Below are positions 56,733 to 64,000 of a stretch of DNA of 64,000 nt, one piece after another. Both the position numbers and the translations under genes were made by a program. Where the stretch lies: assembly GCA_046295255.1 (NCBI GenBank), contig JBKBNS010000006.1, positions 3,580 to 67,579 of the forward strand, written 5' to 3'. Source of the DNA: Glycocaulis sp. Lineage in GTDB: Bacteria > Pseudomonadota > Alphaproteobacteria > Caulobacterales > Maricaulaceae. The stretch's first letter is position 1. Each line of letters begins with the position of its first letter. The notes below the pieces were generated by a model. The model saw nothing but the letters and a program-made list of their open reading frames with translations, was not told the DNA's origin and did no database searches.

Positions 56733-57215
56733 CTACTCCATCGGCAACTGCATCGCGGCACGCACCTGCGCGGTATCGGCATATTGCTGCATGGCCGTGG
56801 CAAGCCCGTCCTCGACCGTCCAGACATGCACGAATTGTGCGCTGATCGTGTTTCCGGTCACGCCGTGGCGGCCGTTATAGCGGCCCAGCACGACCACGCG
56901 GTTGCCTCCGGCAATGAAGGTTTCCGGCGCCAGCGCCCATTCCGGCCAGTCGGCCATGATGCGCATGATGACCCCGCCAATGACGGCCTCCGGGCCGACA
57001 TAGGGATTGCCGTCCGCATACGGGAAACTCTCCGCCTCCATCCACACGATGTCGGGCGACATCATGGCGGCATAGGCTTCCGCATCGCCGCGCGAAGCCG
57101 CCTCGTACATGGCCTGGATGACCGCCCGGCTGGCATCACCGGATTCCTGCGCGCTGGCCGCACCCAGGCAGGCCACCGCGCTGACGCACACGGCCGCAAA
57201 TCCTGATCGTATCAT
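56733..57215 (-). CDS. Exported NTF2/SnoaL-like protein
   Basis: Signal peptide; W.EAE.FPY...YVGP, FVHVW and QQYADT motifs. Confidence 0.85.
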   Translation of the reverse strand: MIRSGFAAVCVSAVACLGAASAQESGDASRAVIQAMYEAASRGDAEAYAAMMSPDIVWMEAESFPYADGNPYVGPEAVIGGVIMRIMADWPEWALAPETFIAGGNRVVVLGRYNGRHGVTGNTISAQFVHVWTVEDGLATAMQQYADTAQVRAAMQLPME

Positions 57216-57381
57216 CGTCTAGTTCTCCCCCTGAGTTTGAAAAGTCCGGGTCAGACGGTGCGCGTGCAGATGCAGGCCGTCAAACAGATTCGATGGCGCG
57301 AATTTCATCGGAATGGCTGGACCTTGCGCCGCATGGCGGGCAAGCTGGCCTCTTCCCGCCACAACAGTGAGCCGTCCAGCC

Positions 57382-59013
57382 GTGACCAACACGACTTCGC
57401 CCGAGACTGCGCCCAAGCGCGGTGCCATGACCCGCTTTCTTGATGGTGTGGAGTGGCTGGGCAATCTCCTGCCTCACCCTGTTACCCTGTTTGCGATTCT
57501 GGCGGGCCTGATGGTTCTGGCGTCCGGCCTGTTCGGCGGTGTGCTGGAAGTTGCGGTGGAAGACCCCCGCCCCGAGGGCGCCAGCGGGCGCGCGGCAGAC
57601 GGCATGATCCGCGCGGTCAGCCTGATGAATGAGGACGGCTTCCGGCGTATCTTCACCAGCCTCACCACCAATTTCACCAGTTTTGCGCCGCTCGGCGTGG
57701 TGCTGGTGGCGATGCTGGGCGTCGGCGTGGCGGAGAAGTCCGGCCTGCTCTCCGCTGCCGTGCGCTCCATCGTGCTGGGCGCCAACAAGCACACCGTGAC
57801 CGTAGCCGTGGTGTTTGCCGGCGTGCTCTCCAACACCGCCTCGGAGATGGGGTATGTCGTGCTGGTGCCGCTGGCGGGCGCCGTGTTCTACGCCCTTGGA
57901 CGCCACCCGCTGGCGGGCATGGCCGCCGCCTTTGCCGGCACGTCAGGGGGCTATAGCGCGAACCTGCTGATCGGCACGATCGACCCGCTGCTGGCGGGCA
58001 TCACCACCGAGGCCGCCCAGCTGATCGACCCGGATTATGTCGTCTCGGCCCCGGCCAACTGGTATTTCATGGTGGTCTCTACCTTCCTGATCACCATCAT
58101 CGGCTCGCTCGTCACCATCTTCATCGTCGAACCCAAGCTCGGCCCGTACGATTCCAGCCGGGCCGATCCATCGGTGTTCGACGCCAACATGATGCAGCCC
58201 GTGTCTTCCCCGGAGAAGCGCGGCCTGATGTGGGCGGGGATCGCCTCGCTCGCCGTGTTTGCCGCTATGGCCTGGACGCTTGCACCGGAAGTGGATTTTG
58301 CAGACTGGCTGCCCGGCTGGGGGGCTCTGCGCAATCCGGCCACCGGCTCGATCTTCCAGCAGGCTCCGTTCTTCACCGGGTTTGTGACCTGGATTTTCCT
58401 CTTCTTCCTGATCGTCGGCTTTGCCTATGGCCGCGCGGCAGGCACGATGAAGAACGACCGGGACGTGATTGACGGCATGGCCTCGGCCATCTCCACGCTG
58501 GGCCTTTATATCGTGCTGGTCTTCTTTGCCGCGCAGTTCGTCGCCTTTTTCGGCTGGTCGAACCTTGGCGCGATCACCGCCGTCACCGGCGCGCAATTCC
58601 TGACCGATACCGGGCTGACGGGCCCGGCCATCTTCATCGGCTTCATCATCATGTGCTGCATCGTGAACCTGATGCTGGGCTCGGCCAGCGCGCAATGGGC
58701 CGTCACCGCGCCGATCTTCGTGCCGATGCTGATGCTGGTGGGGTACTCGCCGGAGGTGATCCAGGCCGCCTACCGTATCGGCGACAGCTCCACCAATATC
58801 ATCACCCCGATGATGAGCTATTTCGGGCTGATCCTCGCCTGGATGACGCGCTATGACAAAAAGCTGGGGATCGGCACCGTCATCGCGATGATGCTGCCCT
58901 ACGCGATCTTCTTCCTCGTCAGCTGGATCGTGCTCTTCTTCCTGTGGACCTTCGCCGCGGGCCTGCCCGTCGGGCCGGGCTCGCCGACCTTCTACGCGAT
59001 GCCCGGCGGCTAA
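57382..59013 (+). CDS. AbgT-family transporter (p-aminobenzoyl-glutamate/MtrF-like)
   Basis: EWLGNLLPHP, FAPLG, GRHPLAG, GGYSAN, ANWYF and YRIGDS motifs; start uncertain (GTG 57382 or ATG 57428). Confidence 0.92.
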   Translation: MTNTTSPETAPKRGAMTRFLDGVEWLGNLLPHPVTLFAILAGLMVLASGLFGGVLEVAVEDPRPEGASGRAADGMIRAVSLMNEDGFRRIFTSLTTNFTSFAPLGVVLVAMLGVGVAEKSGLLSAAVRSIVLGANKHTVTVAVVFAGVLSNTASEMGYVVLVPLAGAVFYALGRHPLAGMAAAFAGTSGGYSANLLIGTIDPLLAGITTEAAQLIDPDYVVSAPANWYFMVVSTFLITIIGSLVTIFIVEPKLGPYDSSRADPSVFDANMMQPVSSPEKRGLMWAGIASLAVFAAMAWTLAPEVDFADWLPGWGALRNPATGSIFQQAPFFTGFVTWIFLFFLIVGFAYGRAAGTMKNDRDVIDGMASAISTLGLYIVLVFFAAQFVAFFGWSNLGAITAVTGAQFLTDTGLTGPAIFIGFIIMCCIVNLMLGSASAQWAVTAPIFVPMLMLVGYSPEVIQAAYRIGDSSTNIITPMMSYFGLILAWMTRYDKKLGIGTVIAMMLPYAIFFLVSWIVLFFLWTFAAGLPVGPGSPTFYAMPGG

Positions 59014-59020
59014 GCCCCGT

Positions 59021-60226
59021 CTATTGCCGCGCGCCGGTACCCTCAATAGCCTCGGCGGCGGCAGCGGCGGGCGCAAGGATGATTTCGGTAACCTGACGCA
59101 CAGCATTGACCGAGAAGCTGATCGGCCCGCTCACCCCGCTCGTCCCGGACATCTGGGACACGTCGGCCAGCCCGAAATCACGCGTGCCGGCAAACAGGGC
59201 GATCAGGGCCGGTGACATGGCGAGCGTGGAATGACGCAGCGGGTCGGACGTGCGCATCTCCGACACATCCACCACGTTCAGCCGCAGATCGGCCACCTCC
59301 TCGATCGACCGCAGGGACCCTAGCCGGTCTGACTGCCCGCGCAGCAGGGCCGAGGCCCTCAGCGCCCGGTCACGCGCCGAGGTGAAGACAATGAAATCAA
59401 CACCGGAATTGCGCAGCGCGCCCAGCTGGCTGCGGAACACGTCAACGCTCACATCCGGCGACATCAGCGCTACCGGTCCGATGCGGGCGAGAATGGCGTG
59501 CTCCTCCGACACCGCCAGTTCGCGCAGCGTCTCCATGGTCAGCATGGAGCCCATGGAATGGGCGATGATCATGATCCTGTCGGCCTGCGCGCTGGCGGCC
59601 ATCTCCAGCAGCGCGGTAAACCCGTCACGCGCTATGAACACGCTGTCGAGATCATAGGCGTAGTAGCGCGGATCGCCCGCACTCGGCCAGGAATAGTGGA
59701 GCGGCACGCCGGGTATGCGGAAATCGTGCATCATCTGCGCGAACCTGAACAGGGCGCTGCCGAACGTCTCGTTATAGCCATGCACGAAGACAACGATGAC
59801 GCGCTCATCCTCGTCCAGCTGTGACAGGCGCCGGTTGAGCAGGGATACGAACGCCTCCCGGTCGTCGGATATCTCGGCCGAGGCGAAGGTGAAATGGCGC
59901 ATCGGATCGGGCGTGCCCCTTGGCCAGATGATGCGGCCGGGCTCGCGGTCAGGCGGCACGGAGACGTAGAAGGCCCCGAAGGTGAGATCGGACGCCCGCT
60001 CCCGGCCGAACAGCGCGCCATTATCCACCGCCGCGCGGCTGGTCGCGACCAGTATCTCCTCCACCTCCACGCCATCGGGCAGCTCGGCAAACCCGGCAAC
60101 GGTCAGTGTGGGGGCACAGGCGGTAAGGAGAAACGGCCCGGCAAGGGCCAGGAGGACCAGCCGTAAACGCGTCAGGCCTTGAGCAACTGCATCTGCCGCA
60201 AGGCGAAAATCTCGGCCGACATCCAT
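59021..60226 (-). CDS. Alpha/beta hydrolase (DUF900-like), predicted lipoprotein
   Basis: LLTAC lipobox; FVHGYN, YSWPS, AHSMG and SPDV motifs; the true start may lie nearer 60175. Confidence 0.82.
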   Translation of the reverse strand: MDVGRDFRLAADAVAQGLTRLRLVLLALAGPFLLTACAPTLTVAGFAELPDGVEVEEILVATSRAAVDNGALFGRERASDLTFGAFYVSVPPDREPGRIIWPRGTPDPMRHFTFASAEISDDREAFVSLLNRRLSQLDEDERVIVVFVHGYNETFGSALFRFAQMMHDFRIPGVPLHYSWPSAGDPRYYAYDLDSVFIARDGFTALLEMAASAQADRIMIIAHSMGSMLTMETLRELAVSEEHAILARIGPVALMSPDVSVDVFRSQLGALRNSGVDFIVFTSARDRALRASALLRGQSDRLGSLRSIEEVADLRLNVVDVSEMRTSDPLRHSTLAMSPALIALFAGTRDFGLADVSQMSGTSGVSGPISFSVNAVRQVTEIILAPAAAAAEAIEGTGARQ

Positions 60227-60870
60227 CGGAAAAACCCGTCATCCTCCAGGAAGACCTGCGCGATATTCGCGTCCCCCGGCTCAAAATGGAAAATCTCGCG
60301 CAGCGTGCGCGAGAACCCGAGCGGCGGCGCTATCCGCAGCTGGTGGCCACGGAAGGCACTGCGAACGCGAGACACCTGATCTTCGCTGAACACCTGGTTG
60401 GGGACAAGGAAGATGCGGGGCCGTACGCCGCCTTCTTCAGCAATACGTGCCGCAGCGGCCTCCAGTTCCGGCAGATAGATCTGGGTAGCCATGATATCGG
60501 CGTCAGAGATGGAGACCGGCACGAAGATGGCGTGCGGGCGGATGGCGGGCACCATGGCGGGGGCCGGAAAGCCCGCCGGCGTATCGACAAAGATGACGTC
60601 ACTGACCGCGCGCCGCGATTCCAGCGCCTGCTCCACGGCCTCGGGCGCTATGTCGCGTCCCTCGCCATGCTCCTCGGCGAGGAAAAAGGACTGCACCCCC
60701 GAGCCGTAGAAACGCCGGATGGCATTATAGGTCGTACGCAGGCGGTCAAAATCGATGACGCACACGCGCAGATCATGCGTCGCCGCAAAATGCACGGACG
60801 AGAGGAAGGCCAGCGTGCTCTTGCCCGCCCCACCCTTGGCATTTGCGAACATGACCGTGGTACAGGCCAT
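60172..60870 (-). CDS. ParA/MinD-family ATPase
   Basis: Deviant Walker A KGGAGKST; IDFD, VDTP and VPNQ motifs. Confidence 0.85.
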   Translation of the reverse strand: MACTTVMFANAKGGAGKSTLAFLSSVHFAATHDLRVCVIDFDRLRTTYNAIRRFYGSGVQSFFLAEEHGEGRDIAPEAVEQALESRRAVSDVIFVDTPAGFPAPAMVPAIRPHAIFVPVSISDADIMATQIYLPELEAAAARIAEEGGVRPRIFLVPNQVFSEDQVSRVRSAFRGHQLRIAPPLGFSRTLREIFHFEPGDANIAQVFLEDDGFFRWMSAEIFALRQMQLLKA

Positions 60871-60918
60871 CAGCGTACAAACCTACTCTTGCGATCTGCG
60901 GCTGCGCTAGGCAGGGCC

Positions 60919-61437
60919 TTAGGAATCGCTGTCGCCGTCGGCATCGTCGCCGCCGGCGGTGAGGTCAACGGGCTTGGGCGCCGGCGCCGTTTCACGGGCC
61001 GATTGCGAGATCGCAGAACGCAGGTTGGACAGCGAGGAGGTGCCCTCCGAGCGGGTGGAGCGCACCTGGGTGTTGATCTGGCCGACCAGCTGGGCGCCCT
61101 CATGGGCTTCCAGCGAGCCATAGGTGATCGTGCCTTCAATGCGGCCCGCCTCGCGGATGGTCAGCTTGCCCGACAGCACCAGCGTGTCTTCTACCGTGCC
61201 CATGATGTCGGCGGTTTCGCTGGAGATGTCGCCCGCGACATGGCCTTTCTCGCCGACGATGAGATGGACCGCGCGCAGCTTGCCGGAGAACTGGCCGTCA
61301 ATGCGGGCAGCGCCGTCTACTTCGAGCACAGCGCCTTCCACGGAGCATTTTTCGCCCATGAAGAAGGCCAGATCGTCACCATCGCCCAGTGCGGTGGACT
61401 TGCCGGATTTTGAGGAGGAAGAGGAGGAAGTGGTCAT
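60919..61437 (-). CDS. Bactofilin (polymer-forming cytoskeletal protein)
   Basis: Beta-helix pattern VEG..EVDG..RIDGQFSG...LIVGEKGHVAGDI...GRIEGTITYGSLEAHEGAQLVG; ATG 61437; Ser-rich N-terminus. Confidence 0.88.
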   Translation of the reverse strand: MTTSSSSSSKSGKSTALGDGDDLAFFMGEKCSVEGAVLEVDGAARIDGQFSGKLRAVHLIVGEKGHVAGDISSETADIMGTVEDTLVLSGKLTIREAGRIEGTITYGSLEAHEGAQLVGQINTQVRSTRSEGTSSLSNLRSAISQSARETAPAPKPVDLTAGGDDADGDSDS

Positions 61438-61586
61438 ATGAGGGGTCCCCGATAGTTGAGTTATTCCAGTGCTAGCGGAAAGAAACAGGTTTATCCAGCA
61501 CGGGACTGACCGAGCGTGCAAGACAGGCCGGGGAAAAACCTGACTTTCTGCAACAGCCTGCCGCCGTGTCTGCGCGGGGCGCCGTG

Positions 61587-62816
61587 TCAGGGAGCAGCAA
61601 AAAGCCCGCGCGCCAGCGTCCCGCCATAATGGGCGATGGCCGCCTCCCGGCTCTGGCCGGAAGCCCATTTGCGCAGATCGTAGGAGGAATTGATCGCGCC
61701 CATCACCACCTGGCTGGCAATCAGCGGGTCGACCGCGCGCACCGTACCCTCGCTGATCCCGTCAATCATCATGCCGGCAAAGCGGCGCGCCATGCGGTTG
61801 GAGCGCTCCAGCACGTCATCGCGCCATTCGTTCGGCAAAGCCTGCAACGCGGTGGTACGCAGAAGCGGGAAGTCGGAAAAGAACTGCACGTCCAGCAGCG
61901 AGGCGATGGCCGACTGCAATTGCTGCCAGTGATCCCCGCCCGCATTGGCCGCGGCCCGTTGCACCAGCGAGACCCGGCCATAGGACCGCCGGAAACATTC
62001 CAGCACCAGATCATCCTTGGCATCGAGATGGTGGTAGAAACTGCCCTTGGTCACATTGATCTCGGCGGCGATCTGCTCCACCGACGCGCCGCGATAGCCG
62101 CGCTCATTGATCAGGAAGGTGGCAGCCCGCATGAAATTGTCGGGCATGCCCTCAATGCCGGTCTTCAGCGCGTCCTCGTCAATCTCCAGAAAGCGCGGAG
62201 CCCAGGGCGCGCCGTCCACGGCAATGCCGTGTTCGAACACTTCCATCAGGCGCCGCGCCACGCGCGGAAAATCGCCCGTGGAATACTGGCCCAGCCAGGC
62301 CGGCAGCCAGAAAATGTTCTGCACCAGCACATGGGCCGCGGCCATGGCCCGTGCCTTGCCCGGCTCGCCGTCACCCATGTCGAAAAAGCCGCGCAGCGTG
62401 CGGAATATCTCCACATACCGGTGATTGAGGCTGTCACGCAGGGCCGGGCTGAGGGCGCGTATGTCGGACAGGATCGCCACCGGCCGGCCCGAGCCATCAC
62501 GCACCTGCGCCTGCAGGGTGAAGCTCGCCTCCAGCAGCGCGGCCACCCGGTCACGCGGGGAGGCGGCCGATCCAGCCTGGCGCACCATCGCCTCGGTGCG
62601 CTCCAGCGAGCGCTCCAGCACGGCCGCGGCCAGATGCTCGCGGCGCTTGAAGTAATAGGTGATGGACGTGGTGTTCAGCTCGACCATCTGGGCGACGTCG
62701 ACAAACGTCATGCCCTTCACGCCGTGCCGGTTGATCAGCTCGGTCGCGGCATCTAGAATGCGCTCACGCTTCTGGTGAAAGCGGCTCGTCTTGGCGGCTG
62801 CGCCCCCGTCCTCCAT
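61587..62816 (-). CDS. Regulator with two tandem TetR domains
   Basis: Two HTHs: INRHGVKGMTFVDVA...YYFKRRE and INERGYRGASVEQIA...YHHLDAKDDL. Confidence 0.88.
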   Translation of the reverse strand: MEDGGAAAKTSRFHQKRERILDAATELINRHGVKGMTFVDVAQMVELNTTSITYYFKRREHLAAAVLERSLERTEAMVRQAGSAASPRDRVAALLEASFTLQAQVRDGSGRPVAILSDIRALSPALRDSLNHRYVEIFRTLRGFFDMGDGEPGKARAMAAAHVLVQNIFWLPAWLGQYSTGDFPRVARRLMEVFEHGIAVDGAPWAPRFLEIDEDALKTGIEGMPDNFMRAATFLINERGYRGASVEQIAAEINVTKGSFYHHLDAKDDLVLECFRRSYGRVSLVQRAAANAGGDHWQQLQSAIASLLDVQFFSDFPLLRTTALQALPNEWRDDVLERSNRMARRFAGMMIDGISEGTVRAVDPLIASQVVMGAINSSYDLRKWASGQSREAAIAHYGGTLARGLFAAP

Positions 62817-62922
62817 CGCACTCCGGCCCCAGCACTGACGCGGGCGCGGACCGGATCCGCACCCGCCATGACTGTCACAGAATTGCCAGAGTAAGCAGTG
62901 AGGGGCAGGCGGACAACCATGA

Positions 62923-62950
62923 GAAACGGCACCTGTGCCGGTGCCGTTTC
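62923..62950 (-). terminator. Hairpin downstream of the small-protein gene
   Basis: 11-bp stem GAAACGGCACC/GGTGCCGTTTC. Confidence 0.5.
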
Positions 62951-62982
62951 AGGTGCAGCAAAAAGTGCAGCAATTCGGGGGG

Positions 62983-63138
62983 CTAGCCGCCATCGGTCTC
63001 GATGCGCAGAGTCTCGTCGCCGATATTGATTTCCAGCGTGTTGGTCTGGCTGTCGCGCCACACTGCATAGCCCACGGCGCCCGCTACCAGAAGCAACACG
63101 GCAGCGCCCAGATAGACGATCTTGCGGTCAAGTTTCAT
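62983..63138 (-). CDS. Small single-TM membrane protein (51 aa)
   Basis: MKLDRKIVYLGAAVLLLVAGAVGYAVWRDSQTNTLEINIGDETLRIETDGG*; strong AAGGAGGT RBS; downstream hairpin. Confidence 0.78.
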   Translation of the reverse strand: MKLDRKIVYLGAAVLLLVAGAVGYAVWRDSQTNTLEINIGDETLRIETDGG

Positions 63139-63194
63139 GGGACTGATACCTCCTTCCCGCCTGATGTGTGGAAAGGAAACGCGCCGCGTGCCGC

Positions 63195-64000
63195 TCAGGT
63201 TCCCCCGCCACGCCCGGCAAGGAAGGGCGCGAACGCCGTCATCAGATGGTAGAGCATGGAGGCGGGCACCTGTTTGACCGCCGGCCTGCGCTGCGCGTCG
63301 AGCGCATCCACCCAGCCCCAGTCCGGACCGGGACTAAGGTAATGCGCCTCTATCCCGGCAAGGATCGCATCGGGATCGGACGGCACCTCCGCCGTCACCA
63401 GAAGCGCGCGCAGGCGCTCAAGCTGGGGCCAGAGCCGGTAGCCCGGCGACACCGCGCCGCCATCAAGGTCCACCGCGTCCAGGGCGAGCCCGTCCTTCAC
63501 ACCGGCGTTCTCGGCAAAGCGCACCAGCCGCCGTCGCCAGCTCGCCGTATCCCGGCCCGTCAGCAGCTCCGCCCGGTAGAGAAGCCCTGCCCATTCGTGG
63601 CAGTGGCCGGGCTCCACCCTGCGGTCTGCCGGGTGCTTCCAGTCGGCGGTGAAACGCTCCATCAGCGCGCCGGTGCGGGTATCGAACATCCAGTGCTCGA
63701 ACAGGGCCGCGATCTCCTCCATGCGGACGCGCACGCCCGCCTCGCCGGACACCTCATACCAGGCAATGCTGGCTTCCAGCAGGTGCATGAGCGGGTTGGC
63801 GCGCTTGATGCCGGGCGCCGTCTCCCGGTCCTCCCAGCCGCCATGAACGGGGTCGGCAAACAGGCGGTCAATCGTCTCGAAGGCTTCCTGCGCCAGCGCG
63901 CGGCCCTGTGGATAGCCGGCCGCGCAGGCCTCTGCCCCTGCCAGCGCGACAAACGCGTGGTCATAAAGATCGCGGCGGGGATCGGCGATACGCCCGTCCC
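63195..64000 (-). CDS. AGE-family epimerase/isomerase (mannose-6-phosphate isomerase-like), 5' end outside the window
   Basis: DLYDHAF, NPLMHLLEA, VEPGH..EW, RLWPQ.E and YH motifs. Confidence 0.88.
   Translation of the reverse strand, partial: DGRIADPRRDLYDHAFVALAGAEACAAGYPQGRALAQEAFETIDRLFADPVHGGWEDRETAPGIKRANPLMHLLEASIAWYEVSGEAGVRVRMEEIAALFEHWMFDTRTGALMERFTADWKHPADRRVEPGHCHEWAGLLYRAELLTGRDTASWRRRLVRFAENAGVKDGLALDAVDLDGGAVSPGYRLWPQLERLRALLVTAEVPSDPDAILAGIEAHYLSPGPDWGWVDALDAQRRPAVKQVPASMLYHLMTAFAPFLAGRGGGT

Noticed and set aside
56457-56880. Short ORFs within or overlapping the MITE as a possible transposase
   Set aside because: About 80 aa, with no DDE or HUH motifs.
2891-62756. Many long antisense or alternative-frame ORFs (for example 2891-4249, 9359-10654, 11367-12716, 46528-47976, 57943-59106, 61566-62756)
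   Set aside because: They overlap well-supported genes and have no motifs; they are expected from high-GC codon bias.

Overview
A GC-rich alphaproteobacterial chromosome segment. Gene content and order look like Caulobacterales/Maricaulaceae (Glycocaulis/Oceanicaulis-like); this is an inference. The left ~15 kb is core: aroK-aroB-HlyC/CorC, prs, MidA-type methyltransferase, lgt, ubiK, YbjN, proC, an OmpR/EnvZ-type pair, a globin-coupled chemoreceptor, pgsA and uvrC. Notable accessory content: (1) an expanded pterin operon (membrane protein, pteridine reductase, FolB, Cys-less QueD/PTPS, second FolB), followed by a low-GC orphan ORF between perfect 20-bp direct repeats that duplicate the 3' end of folB; (2) a paraoxonase-like lactonase, an Ntn acylase and an MFS transporter in one block; (3) tRNA-Ser(GGA) followed by a 7-gene polyprenyl-phospho-arabinofuranose-like glycosylation operon (epimerase, FAD oxidoreductase, GtrA, HAD-UbiA fusion, DprE1, DprE2, GT-C-like protein); (4) a TetR-controlled sulfatase/FGE/GST/DsbA locus with a perfect 18-bp palindrome; (5) decayed xylose (Weimberg) pathway remnants, including an in-frame XylB/aldose-epimerase chimera; (6) a ~270-bp MITE, REP-like hairpins and a 31-bp tandem duplication; (7) a bactofilin-ParA-lipoprotein hydrolase cluster. 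Two small proteins missing from the ORF track were found. A short corrupted stretch in prs looks like a sequencing artefact. No CRISPR array, rRNA, integrase or transposase was seen. All calls come from motif recognition by eye; no database searches were run.
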